A DNA stretch of 62,981 nt, filler included, from Dirinaria sp. TL-2023a (lineage: Eukaryota), in assembly GCA_051941275.1 (NCBI GenBank). It is 4 parts of 4 records of this genome, joined end to end, with 100 filler letters (N's around TTAATTAATTAA, not from the genome) between each part and the next. Parts side by side here need not be neighbours in the genome. Positions count along the whole stretch, not along the records: positions 15,795 to 31,466 come from JAVEBF010000534.1; positions 31,567 to 47,230 come from JAVEBF010000535.1; 2 more parts are not named here. One strand, given 5' to 3'. The translations under genes and the position numbers were made by a program. The notes under the pieces are model-generated. The model saw nothing but the letters and a program-made list of their open reading frames with translations, ran no database searches and was not told where the DNA came from. Positions 26,309-38,729 of this stretch are shown in pieces; the first letter of the stretch is position 1, and each line of letters opens with the position of its first letter.

Positions 26309-28176
26309 ATGTCACTGCGCTCTTTCTGTCGGAAATCGTCTCTCAGATATCCTCGTTGCTATCGCCTTTCCACCTCACGAACCCTACAATCAACCTACTG
26401 GGCACCCTCCATCTCAAAGAATAATAGCTTCCAAGCTAGATCCATACAGCTTTCGCAAAATCTACGACGAAGTAGTAGTCACTCGGGCTTCCTCGTTATC
26501 CTTATTGGCGCCACAGTAGTCGCAATTGGTGTGTCATCCTTGATAGGAACACAATCCGGCACAGAGGGAGGCTTACATCTCTCACATTCGCTGGACGACG
26601 TCTTGAAAGCAGACAGCTTCGACGGAATGCCGGGAACTCTCCTCGCTGGGCGACCTGGGAATCTTACGTCAGAGCAAGAAGCAAAACTAAAAGAGCTATG
26701 GATCGCGACCCTCCGCGTCTTCGGTGTCGCACTGTTGACCGATGAGACCAACGAGTCTGACAACGTCGAGGAAGCAGATCGCCGATCGCGAGCAGAAACG
26801 AATGGCTCAGAGAAGAAGAAGAAGCGCACCGGCCTTTTTGGGAAGAAACATAAGCATGACGACGTTGATGGTGCTGTGATAGATAGCTCAGTGAACTCAA
26901 ATGATAAATGGGGGCAGACGAAAGATTTCCAGAATGTCATTGCGAACCAATCTCCGGAAGACCTTCGGAAAGCCTTTTGGAGCATGGTTAAGCATGACAA
27001 TCCCGATGGACTTCTCCTTCGTTTCCTTCGGGCAAGAAAATGGGACGTCCAAAATGCGCTAATTATGATGGTCGCGACGCTGCATTGGCGTTTACAAGAG
27101 ATGCATGTCGACGATGACATCATGTCGAAAGGGGAAGGCGGTGCTCTCGAGGAAACTAAGAGCTCTAATGCAAGCTTGAGGAAAGACGGCGAAGATTTCT
27201 TAGTGCAGGCCAGGATGGGGAAGAGTTACATTCATGGGACAGACAAAGAGGGAAGACCTATGTGCTTCGTCCGCGTACGGCTGCATAGGAAGGGTGAGCA
27301 AAGCGAACCAAGTCTCGAGCGATATACGGTCTTCGTGATTGAGACTGCGCGGCTGATGCTTGCCCCTCCAGTGGATACGGCGGTAAGATTGATGGAAACC
27401 GGGCGAAGACCTCTGTTAATCTAAATAGGTGATCGTCTTTGATATGACGGGCTTCTCAATGGCAAACATGGTAAGTTAAGGTCCTACTGTGCAGTGCAAA
27501 TACAAACTGACTATACAGGACTACACTCCCGTTAAGTTCATAATCAAAGTCTTCGAAGCAAATTACCCTGAGAGTCTTGGTGTCGTGCTCGTCCACAATT
27601 CTCCCTGGATATTTCATGGTACGCTTTTCGTAGCTTCTTCGTTTGCGCAACCAATGTGCAATGTTAACAGAAGTAGGCATTTGGAATATCATCAAGGGTT
27701 GGTTAGACCCAGTCGTCGCAAGCAAAGTCCATTTTACCAGGAACGTCGAAGAGCTTGAAGCCTTTGTAGAGAGAAATCATATACCTAAAGAACTTGGCGG
27801 CGGTGATCCCTGGCAGTATGAATTCGTGGAGCCTAAACTCGGCGAAAACGACCTAATGAAGGATGAATCCACGAAGCAACAATTATTGACTGAGCGAGCT
27901 GAACTCGTTAAAGACTTCGAAAAGACTACACAGGAATGGATTAAGGGGTCCCAAGCAGTGCAGCAGAAAAGGCCTGAATTAGCTGAACGACTTAGATCCG
28001 GATACTGGCAGTTAGACCCATATCTGAGGGCGAGATCATTATACGACCGGACTGGAATAATGGGAAAGGGTGGCAAAATAGATCACTATGGCAACTTTAA
28101 TTTGTCTTCAGAACCCACAACGACTACTCAAGATGATCCACTGCCGGCTCAGCAAGGATCGAAAGACTTAGACTAG
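26309..28176 (+). CDS. CSR1: Sec14/CRAL-TRIO phosphatidylinositol transfer protein (Csr1-like); alternative start at 26627
   Basis: GRPGNLT, HDNPDGLLLRFLRARKWDV, HGTDKEGRP, DMTGFSMANM/DYTPVKFIIKVFEANYPESLG, WLDPVVASKVHFT, YWQLDPYLRARSLYDR. Confidence 0.93.
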
Positions 28177-28356
28177 GCAGCGATTTTGACCTTCCTGAAG
28201 AATTGTATATAATTTCCTCACGCTCAAACGGGTGCAGCATTCATTGGGAGGCATAAAGCACTGACGAGCAAATTGGCATAGACACCAGCATCATCTTCGG
28301 CTTTAGCCTATTCAGCGCCTTTCTGTACAAGCGGCCTGTTGCAGACACACTTGCAT

Positions 28357-29071
28357 TCACATCTTGGCTTTGATTTCGTTATGCAGTGCCTTTAGCTTTT
28401 CCATGTCCGTCTCTTTCGCTGGCCAGCCGATTCCGAGGCCTTCCGCTTGGTTAGGTTTAGGGATCTTTAGTTTATGAGTGCTTGTTCCGCCCTTGGATGC
28501 CAACAGGAGTACCCACCACATGGAAGTGGACCTGCGAGCCGAAGCCATCAGCCAACGCTTTTAAAAGCCACAAACAATGGTCTAAGCTAGAGCTATACAT
28601 ACATGATCCACGAGCTGATGAGCGATCCTTCCATTGTTTTGCAATAGATTATAATTCTCTGCTCCAGTTGCCGTTGCAATTTTCTTCGCTACGGGCTGTA
28701 CCAAGTCAGCGGCTGTCATTTGGAGATCGCAAAAAACAACGCAGCCAATACGCATGCTGCTCACCAGGAGCTCGGTCAATGACTCGTCAGGAATATCTGT
28801 GAGCTTTGCGCCATGATACTTTGGGATCACGAGCTGAAAAAAGATTCTGTCAGTTTCGAGCCTTACAAGGAACGTCAATAGGCATTGGTTTTGTGGAGAC
28901 AAACAGCGTGACCGTAGCTCAGCGGTTGGATATCCAAGAAAGCGAAAATCCGCTCACTCTCGAAGAGCTTGAAGGACGGAATATCGCCTGGCCGTTTCAG
29001 TGAGAACCTTGCTGGTAGGAATGAGAAGACAGGGGACCTTTGATGATCTTGCAGAAGACACAGGAAGCCAT
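28357..29071 (-). CDS. HNT1: HIT-family adenosine 5'-monophosphoramidase, multi-exon
   Basis: MASCVFCKIIK/GDIPS, FAFLDIQPLSYGHA/LVIPKYHGAKL, YNLLQNNGRIAHQLVDH/VHFHV (HxHxH triad), IPKPN. Confidence 0.93.
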
Positions 29072-30154
29072 TACTAAGGTTTGAAGACACTCAATGGCTC
29101 ATGGACAATATGAGTAAATACACATGGATAGGTACCGTATATACGTTCAGGTTGGACCTCACGTCATCATTAGATGCGGAATGAGAGCCGCGTATTGTAT
29201 GTAATTTATCCATCACGGCCAATATTTACCTACACAGTCTCGACAGTCTGGGGAACCCCCACGCTCGCTTGTACTCGTGCCTACATAGTTGCTTCCAAAG
29301 ACAAAAACAACAAGAAGACTTCAACCCAAGACACATCGATATCTCTCAGAGGAATATTATGTTATTCGTTTGCAAAAGTAAGGTCGTCTCCGCAAGCCGT
29401 CCATTGCCGCATTACTGTCCACCTCATCAGACCGCGAATTTGTATCCAAAACGCCTTTTGAACCAGGCAGTGTGGCGAGACTGATTCTTACCACCTGACA
29501 GCGAGCAGAAAAAGATCTGGCGTCCTGAAGATGGTTGTAAATCAGTAATGGTAATTTGGGACAAAAATCCATCGTTTCTCTGGTAACACCTGTGAAACTG
29601 GTACTTCCTGACCATTCACATCGCAACGTGCTAAACTATGCACATTCACCGGGACATCACACCTATTCTTATACCGAAGATACGAAAGGAGTCTTTTAAA
29701 AACTACCTCAAGAGCGTCTAACATCATTTGGCAAGTCGTGTGGATCATACAGGCCGTTCAATGGCCGCCTTGGAATGATTTCGAGTCACCTATTGATGCA
29801 GCTAGTCTACAGTGCCCGTGGATGTGACTGTGCTGCGGCCTGACGGTCCACTTGGCCAAGTAGTCTCGCTTCACCAGCGGTATTGAGTATATGGCTTTAT
29901 TTGCTACCTTACTCTCGCATGTCGAGCAGCTCGTTGCACATAGTATTCTCTTTGACTCCGCTTTACCTTACTGTTTCCGCATAGAGTCAGGCCTCTTGCA
30001 ACTATATCACGTCAATATGCATGTCAAACAGAACCCTCGCCTTCTTCAGTCTTGGAGATCCAGACATTTAAAAAGGCGCCCTTTCTCCTAGTACTTGCAG
30101 AAAGTTACTTCTATTAAAGTCTCTCATAGTTGATGTACCCCTCACAAAACCCCC

Positions 30155-30640
30155 ATGATGCGTCTTCTTACACTACATCAACATACTCTTTGGGTCTACT
30201 TGTTCTCTGTCCTGCTGCTCTCAATCCTCCTACTGCCGAAGCCATCATGTTCGGACCCTGCGCAAAGTTCTAGTCAGTCTACCAGTGCCCTCTCCCAGGA
30301 TACCTCGTCTACTGTAGAGAGCCTTCCGGAGCTAAACGTTGAAATACGAGCACCTGTCGAGACCCCACCAACCGAGTACCTCCCATATCGTAAGCCTTCC
30401 TGAGCTCTTCGTTCCCTAATACAATTATCACTCAATTTGTGGTACGCACATACCCGTGAAACAGCCTTCTCGACATGTGCCTTAGGGATCGTCAATATAC
30501 CTCCAATATCCAGTACTGACATGAAACCAATCAGCACCGCCTCCCAACTATAGCTGGCCTGCAGGCCAGAACCCTGGAAACGAGAATCCGCAACCCAGCG
30601 AGAACGATCCCCCACCAGGTTGGAATACAGGTCAATCTGG

Positions 30641-30677
<37 letters not shown>

Positions 30678-31403
30678 AGCGCCTCAACTTCACGAGGGTC
30701 TCCGCCGTTGCGCCCACACGTCATCCTTCGCCTCCTCGCCGCGGTGCTCCCAGTCCGGGGCGCTCGTCGAGACCGTATATCCCGCGGCGTCTCCTCGCAA
30801 ACTCCTCTCGCTGAACGGTCGCCCTCCGCGCGCTCCGACAACTACGGGCAGCCCCCTGGCTCCATCCCAGCCGTTGACTCTGCAATCAAATTTGACCCGC
30901 CACAATCCCCGTCCCGCTTTACCGGTTTTTTGACCTCAGTCCTGCCTGCGCGCATTTATTCAGGAGTCGTTCCCCGCGCACCGGTCGAGACACCGCCAAC
31001 CGAGTATCTCCCCTACTCCCCGCCGCCGAACTACCAATGGCCCGCCGGCACTTCGCCCAACACCGAAAACCCTCCCCCATCAGAGTGCAACCCGCCAGGG
31101 GGCTGGTATGGCGGCAATGGCCAAAACAAACCAAATTGTCAGGCTGGTGGTTCCGGAGGTGGTTCCTCAGTTAACCCGGATCAGGCACCGCCGCCATTTT
31201 TTCACTTTAAAAAAAGCAACAAACCCAAATGGTGGGAGATCGTGTTGGCCGTCATCGGAGGCATCCTGCTCCTTGCGCTCGTCACATGGGCTTTGTGGCG
31301 AGCGGCCAAGCGGAGGAAAATGAAGCAGCAAGCTGCCGGTGGAGGAGGGGGTGGAGCGGCGCCAAATCCAGGCACTCAGATGAGCGAGGATTCTGAAGCC
31401 TGA
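30155..31403 (+). CDS. Orphan secreted / type I membrane protein with an internally duplicated Pro/Trp-rich module
   Basis: Signal peptide; intron 30390-30534 (GTAAGC..TACTGAC..CAG) joins ORF 30155 in frame to ORF 30708; two copies of RAPVETPPTEYLPY.PPPNY.WPAG; C-terminal TM helix followed by KRRK. Confidence 0.75.
30641..30678 (+). repeat. (GGCTCC)n hexamer repeat encoding a Gly-Ser linker
   Basis: About 6 tandem copies of ggctcc inside exon 2. Confidence 0.9.
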
Positions 31404-31427
31404 AAAAAAGAAAAAGAAAAAGAAACG

Positions 31428-31463
<36 letters not shown>

Positions 31464-31466
31464 GAA

Positions 31467-31566
31467 NNNNNNNNNNNNNNNNNNNNNNNNNNNNNNNNNN
31501 NNNNNNNNNNTTAATTAATTAANNNNNNNNNNNNNNNNNNNNNNNNNNNNNNNNNNNNNNNNNNNN
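31467..31566. other. Artificial scaffold/contig linker
   Basis: N44-TTAATTAATTAA-N44, preceded by a long poly(A) tract. Confidence 0.97.
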
Positions 31567-33600
31567 ATGGAGCCTAAGATGCTATCATTCCTGGTCTTCT
31601 TAACCTCAGGACTTTCTTCACTCAGCAAGTTTAGTTGGTCCTCCATTCGCTGCCTAATGCACAACAGTCACTGGCCTTTCCGGATGAGCTCTTCAATCGC
31701 TCGTTACCGCTGCTTGAGTTGTTGGAAGGTCAGCACGCTGCTTGCATGGCAAGGATATGAGACGACGGACGTTGGCAGTCTTCCTATCTCGAACCGATTC
31801 AGCGGGCATACCATTCAAAATCAGCCTGTAGCCATCCGATCAGACTTAAAGGTATCTGAAGATTTTACTTACCCACCATTAGTGCCCGCACAATCAGTCT
31901 ACTGGACTGATGTCAACAAGTCCCTGATGATCGAGGAAGAAGATGGAAAACTTCCGAGCATGTTACGATTATATCATTGGTTTCGGTGGCCCAATGTCTT
32001 CGACATATCATATCTAGGGATATCAACGCTTGAAGTGAACTTTGAAAATCACAATGATGTGGCTGCGGATAGTTTCAGCATGGTCAACCCGTCGAACACG
32101 TGAAGTGACGGATGGATAATTTTGGAAATATGTTCCAATTACCAAGAATAAATGTCCGGAAATGGATTGAAAACTATGGTCGTCCCTCTTCAGGAGTCTT
32201 CCCCGAAGGTTCTAAAAAGGAATTTACATCATTTTTATCGCAAATCATGCTTCAAATATAAGGAAGACTCGCCATCAGCTTTTATCGACCACGTTAACAC
32301 TCCAGAAATCTCAGTTTGCGAAGCCTCTAAACAAACTTAATTGAAAAAATTGTTCGACATATCGCACCGCAAGGTCAGACTTCCGACGATTCACAATACA
32401 ATGAACTACGACCAGGAGTTATGGTCGCGTCCACTTCGTCCCATTAACACCTATCATTCAAATGGCTCGGGAATCAGCACCAAGTATAGAAGACAAAACA
32501 TGAAGTAAGACGCCGATGGTCTTTGACCTAGCAAGAGATTCTACTGTGGATAGTACTACCAAAATCCCACAAACTGCGGTATCGCTAATCTGAACTCTGA
32601 TAGACGACATCTCAATGGTGCAGAGAAGAATTTTACTTTACTTATCAAGCGAGAAGTTGCAAGAATTATCTTTACGTGTAGAAGCAGCGCAGTGGCTTAC
32701 CCTCTAATGACTCTTTACCAAAACAGATCAACGGAGCCAAGATCGGAGAACCTGCGGCCCCTTACACCGAAATACTTTGACGAAACTGGAGAATAGCTGC
32801 CCTTCTGCTTCGCAGTGTGGGGATTAAGTCCTATCAGAAAAGGCCGAGAGGATTACCAACATCCAAAGAACAGATAACTTTGTATACTATAGGTTTTTAT
32901 ACGCTGATCTGTGTTTAAAGCTCTACAGCGCCACAGAGCATTGCCACGAACTCTACGATTGCTACGAATTTCTAAAGATTACGGCCCAGCAGATATCTTT
33001 AGTTCGCAAAAAAAATTTCAGTACGATTTTCATTATTCTCCAAGTCATGCGAAGAATTGGTGAAAATGAAGAGCAGAACATGTGGAATAGATTTGAGGAA
33101 TCATTTGTGAAGCAAAGGCTCGTCAGAACATCAACATGAGATACCAAGAACTGAACGATCAATAGAAGATCTCAAGATCAAGCTTACAGCGTGGAAGCAT
33201 TTGCTATACAGCATCGCTCTTTTGAATAGTGCTAATAAATGGGGCTTTAGAGCTAAACGAACTCGTGATCAAGGTGAAAATTTTTTAAAGAACGGGAAAA
33301 TGCTGCAAATAGAAACAGCCAGATTTCATCAGTCTCATCGCCAAAGGAAGGTTTGAGAGGTCCTTTATCGTAAAGTAGGATCGAAGGTGACTCTTTCGAG
33401 CTTTTGACTTCCCTTATAGAGGTGTCCAGGGGAACAGTAATATACATCGTAATCGCTGGACTAGGGGCCTTAAAGAGCAACGAAGAGTCTTGGAAGACGT
33501 ACTACGAAAGATTCACAGCAGCGCAGGACTTGAGAAGCAACATCTTATTTAGTGAGCAAGCGAGGTCGTGGAAGGAGTCAAGTTTGCGTTGGGAACGAGC
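31567..33600 (+). pseudogene. Decayed NB-ARC-TPR (NLR-like) gene, C-terminal part; 5' end lost in the gap
   Basis: Broken frames with TPR-like pieces: RSYGRVHFVPLTPIIQMARE (~32414), VLPKSHKLR (~32555), RRTCGPLHRNTLTKLEN (~32744), EELVKMKSRTCG (~33050). Winged-helix-like MLSFLVFL and FTYPPLVPAQ lie upstream. Confidence 0.45.
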
Positions 33601-33949
33601 CGTCTAGGTGAGCTTTGTGGCGGCTCGATACTGGGCCTTGTGGTCCATGACAGACGCTGAAGTGTGCGCGGAACCTACGCTGAGCGGCTGCTGAATGTAT
33701 ACTTAGCATGCACATATGTCTCTGCTGTTAATGGCAATCAGGTGTCCGATTATTTCGTTTTCTAACGGACCTTCAAGGATTCTCCAACACTGAGCCTAGC
33801 AAATGGCGAATTCAATTCCCATTACACTAACCAGCGGTATGTACAGCTCATTTTCAGTCTTCCATTCAGCATATGCGATGACTAATTATCTACGGCCCGG
33901 TTAGCACGTTCGTACTTTTTATTTCGATGTCAATGAGTGCTTAATCTCT

Positions 33950-34560
33950 GTTGAGTTCAGGCTTTAAACATGCTCAATTTCACAGATCGACCGTTTCCTT
34001 GCTCCTAAAGAGCTGTTGCAAGAGCAAGCACATGTGGGTGATTTCGCCATCTGCTCCCATACTATGAACAAATATGCTCGGCATCTTCCACTTGTCTCTG
34101 CCAAGGTAGCGAAAAACTCAAACTCTATAAAGCCTCAAAGGACATTGGCTGTTGCGAGCCTTCGGTTTTCACGCGCTCTGGAGCATTGAAGAGAAAGATT
34201 GTTCTGCTAAATGAATCAAAATGCAACGTTCAAATGGGAGAACAAATATTGGCGAAGCTTTCATCAAAGAAAGGCAGTGCTAGAAAGTCCTTTGCAAGCC
34301 GTAGTCAAGTCAACAACCTCACTGAGCATCAGACAACTGCTTTTGAAATCCCGCAGTCACTGCTCTCGGAACCAACGATCTTAGTATATCGCAATCCCGA
34401 GCATCGGAAAGAATTGGATCTCGACGGTCACAGAAGTTTTTGGATTCGGTGTTATGATCTATCTCAACAGAGAAGAGTTCGTCGCTTCAGACTGTTATAC
34501 ATCACGATCAGCTATACGACCTAAAGCCTTGCTCTCCAATCAGTCCATTCTACTGGAACA
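33950..34560 (+). pseudogene. Possible decayed protein kinase fragment
   Basis: Ordered but degenerate motifs across frameshifts: QMGEQILAKL, LQAVVKST (HxDxK-like), TTAFEI (DFG-like), LVYRNPE (YRAPE-like), TEVFGFGVMIYL (subdomain IX-like). Confidence 0.3.
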
Positions 34561-36049
34561 ACATACTGACCTACTGTGTTGGAACTTACTCGTATTTCAA
34601 TCAACACTAGAGTCAACATGAGCTCCATAGCTTCATTTTTACCTCAAAAAATAGAAGTAGGCTTACAGTCAATCCAAAAAACAAAGCTAGCATGAAATCT
34701 TGTGAAGTAGCGACGATTCGGGGAAATTAATACCTACTATTTTCTTATGAGCTGTACTGAGATGAAAATTAACGCAGGCAAGCATCGACGATCTCATTTT
34801 TACAATCAATTTACGTTTACATTTACTTTCACTTTCTCATCTCCTTTCCATTATTTTCTTCCACATCCTACGAAGATAGGGAAGGATACCGAGTAGAAAA
34901 AGCCCAACCACATTTAGAGAATTCTGACATGATATTCTGATCGTTCATCTCGTCAATGCATCGGTTTCGAAAGGGCTGAAACTTACATTCGACCGAAAAA
35001 CCAATGTTTTTCGAGGTATGAGTTGGCCGTTTCTTGATTCATAGGTCGTCAGACGATGAGAAGATGCTGACAGAAGCTGATAGATGAGTCGAGAAAACAC
35101 GGACAGAGAGAGAGAGGTGGAGAGATAGTCATGCCGGCACTAATCGACAGCGTAGCTATCACGATGAGAACGGATTTCCGCCTGCGAGCAGTCGTTGTTA
35201 CTGAACATCGAAATATCGATCTTGCTCATGTAAAGTTTGAACCACATGTTGAATCAGTTCCATGTCACTTTCCACCATGTGGCTTAATTGTTAACTTCGG
35301 CAATAGAAAATCCCCCACTAAAATCCCAGACCGGACCTCGTCAGTTTTGGCTCCTATATGAAGGAATCAAAGTGAGAGCTCGAAGGTGGTTCGAAGCGGA
35401 AAGATTCAGCTCCATCGACGATATTTTCATTCAGCACGGCTTAGATGAACCATCAAATCGGACACAAAACATCGGAGAGTGGGTGGATAGCAACCGCATC
35501 TTCCACTACCGCATGAGCACATCCGCGACTCAGGATCACCATCATCATTACTACTAGAGTTTCAAGCTTGTTCCTCCTCGCATTGCTGTGAACAAGATTT
35601 CTAAGCTTCCTTTCGAGCAAAAGCAAGCTCTGATACGGTATTAGGGCAATGTTAGCGATCCTCGTCGTGTTGCTGGTCATGGTGCCAGTTCTGATCAGAG
35701 ATTGTCACAGTTCACAAAGCCTGAGTTGATGATGGACAAAGGCAGGTGAAACGGGCTGTGTGTAGACTCGAAGAAAAGTCTACTTTCGTTTCTGATTCTT
35801 GTGATCAAGGTACTCTGATCTTGGACACCCTTGGTATACGAACGGTTCATTAACTTTGTGATGAGTCGCTCGTATTACATGAGATGACTCTGAAAGAACT
35901 ATTTCGACCATCTCTCTCATAATTCACAGCGAGATGACAAACTCCTGGTACCATTCCTGAATGATTTACATCTTGAAATCTCTTCACAAGACCTTTTTGA
36001 TTTCTCATTTCCTCGAAAACTTTCCCCCACACCTCTACTCATGAGTTAT

Positions 36050-38320
36050 TTAGACCATGACAAGGTGCCATCTTTCAAAGACACGACTATATATATACAT
36101 TGAGGGAGAGGACATCGAGTTCACATACAACTTTCAGCGACCTTATCTTGACACAGACAACTACAGATTTTCCGGTACATGCGAGAACGAGTTTCTTGTT
36201 CTGGATTTCTACAGACACTCTTATCTTAGGAATCCATGCTACACGCAAAGGGTGTAACGACGCGGACGCTTCCCGGAATCTTAATGCAAGCTATATTGAT
36301 GACTAGGAACCAGAGTTCAGCCGACAATAGCTCAACTTTAAGCTAAAGACACAAACGCCCACATACGATAAAACGATTATCTAGAGAGCAGTTACTAATG
36401 CGATCGCAAGAGGATGGGCAGTTTTACGAGTTGAAGCTAAAACAGAACACTTTAAAAGAGATTATGCACGTGTTGCAAGTCGTGCGCTTAGCGCAATATT
36501 CTTCTTATGTTATTATCGTTCTGCAAGAAAAATTTTCTCAAAAGCAGTAGAATACTGCTCGCATATCTTTCGTGCACTCTTTACTTATTCAATTCCGTGA
36601 TCGTAGGGCGAAGCTGAAGTGTCGGAATTGCGTTCTTCAGAGGGCAAAAGAAATAGATCTGTTATGGCATGGTTTGATGGATGATAAAAGGTTGTCGATT
36701 TCTAACTACTGAATGATGGAATAAATACAAGACCGTTGCCATGGTGGCAACTACTACTGAAAGACCAATACCACGCGGCAACCGTAACAAGATCCTTCTC
36801 CTTTTTCTTATCTGCAAGAGAAAAAAAGGTTACCTTGAAGATAGCTGTGAGATTTGTAAATTCTCAGATCACGAATGCCGATGTTCACTGTACTATAAGA
36901 ACAGAGAAGCAAGCGATGTTCCGTCTGATTCTTCTCCCATTCACTCCTCTTGCTCCTTCTTTCTCTCTTTCTCCCCCTCTTCTTCCCGTTCTCTAGAAAT
37001 TAAGATCGAGAAGAAATCGGTCAATCTCTCGAGTGCCCCTCGGACAAGAGCAGTTGTACGATATAAGTCGATCGGGTTTATTATCTTTCAAGCCTCATCA
37101 CGACTTTATGAAGGGAAAATTGGTCGACTACTGTCCATCCTTATGAATTGCTTAGAGAGGCTGGAAACTATATTTTGAATAGATGAACTGACTCAAAGGA
37201 ACCTAGAACTCTGCCCAGTCCCAAGAAGCAGCTCTATATAGTACTTCTAGATGATTGAAGACTTGGTGATGATGCCTATGCAGCGTTTTCAGTTCAGAAG
37301 TGATTTCAATAATGAAGACGACAGAAATACAGGAAAGACATATCACTTGATTTAGATCGATAGCTAATTATAACATAACGGGAATACCACGCTTCGTTAA
37401 GCGAAGAATCTGACACGGATCGCCGAACTACTGTACTTATCGAGGAATGCAACAGAGAGCGAATACTCAAAATATGTGACCAACAAATGCATATGCATCT
37501 CAATTTCTCGCAGCTCTACTACCACCCTATTGGGGAATTACCACGAGCTATAATCTCAGATAGGGACCTGAATTCATGAAAGAATTACTGCCAGTCCAAA
37601 CACAGATTTCACAGAGGCACAATCGCAAAGACAAGCGAACATGAACAATGAAGTATCTACAGCTACCGGCTATACGCCAAACAGGTTGTGCTATAGATTT
37701 CTTGTTAGAGATTATCCAAAGCTGCTGCCAGATATTCTAGCAGAAGAACATAAAAAGCTGCGACTACGGCACAAAGAAACGCCGGAAGAGTCAATAACCG
37801 GGGCAAATATGATTTTCAGAAGCAAAGACTTTTTTGAGACTCTCTTTGCTCATACATCTCAGACAAAGAGTCAAAAATGTGGAATACTTCGACAAGAAGC
37901 AAAGGTCATTATTACACAGTCTTGCTCGCAATTCTTTAATCTCTCTCTATATCAAGAGTGAAAAAACCGGAAGGTATTTATGAGCACAATCGCTCTACGC
38001 TGCTGATAATTCCAGGACCTGCATATCACGAGGTCCTCAGCGAAGTACAGACTTTCAGACATATATCGTGAGCAGTATATCGGATCATCAATCAGCGAGA
38101 ACAATCATCAGTATGGGATGATCCAGAATTCTTTCGAAGACGACTCACATAGATATATCATCGACAATATCGTGAGCTCAATGTCTGATAGCAAAATTTC
38201 TTTCAATATCTTCAACTTGAAGGACTCGACACCATCAAAGTTACTCCTTCAATCTAAATCTGAGCCAGTTGAAAAGTCACCCAAAGCCGACTTGAATTAA
38301 TAAAAACGAAATCGAGCGAT
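36050..38320 (+). mobile_element. Highly degenerate Ty3/gypsy LTR retrotransposon relic (gag-like and integrase fragments)
   Basis: ELPRAIISDRD (~37535; integrase P..IISDRD motif), QTDFTEAQSQ (QTDGQSE-like), NNEVSTATGYTPNRLCY, YIIDNIV (chromodomain-like start), CEICKFSDHECRC (zinc-knuckle-like). Many stops and frameshifts; LTRs not identified. Confidence 0.65.
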
Positions 38321-38513
38321 CCACGACTGTTGAACCTATTTCACAGTTATTATTCAGGTATTCCAATAACCGCTCGTCGAACATCGTAAGCACATGCTAC
38401 TCGTGCCTGCCGAGAGTTCGATCATCGAGCTCTTATCGATACGCCCGACAGCGAGTAAAAAGTCACGAAGCTCAAATGAAGCGGCCGAATTTCAAGGCCA
38501 TGGCTCTTCATAT

Positions 38514-38616
38514 CCGTGCTCTACAGAACGCGGATGTTGTCCCCCACGAATGTTCAGCGCTATACCAGTGCTGTATAAAACGCGGATGTTGTCCCTCACG
38601 AATGTTTCGTGCTATA
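38514..38616. repeat. Tandem ~52-bp imperfect direct repeat, 2 copies
   Basis: ccgtgctctacagaacgcggatgttgtcccccacgaatgttcagcgctata and ccagtgctgtataaaacgcggatgttgtccctcacgaatgtttcgtgctata. Confidence 0.85.
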
Positions 38617-38729
38617 AGTTGAATCCGGAAAATGACATAAAGATTGGGAATTCGATGAAGAAGATCGAGGCAGAAGAATTCGCCTAAAGTCATAGATAAT
38701 ATCAAAAAGGAGAAACTGATCGATAGTAA

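Noticed and set aside
26479..27123. Long antisense or alternate-frame ORFs (also 47937-48587, 50186-50767, 45156-45659, 46123-46620)
   Set aside because: They are shadows of well-supported genes and have no recognisable motifs.
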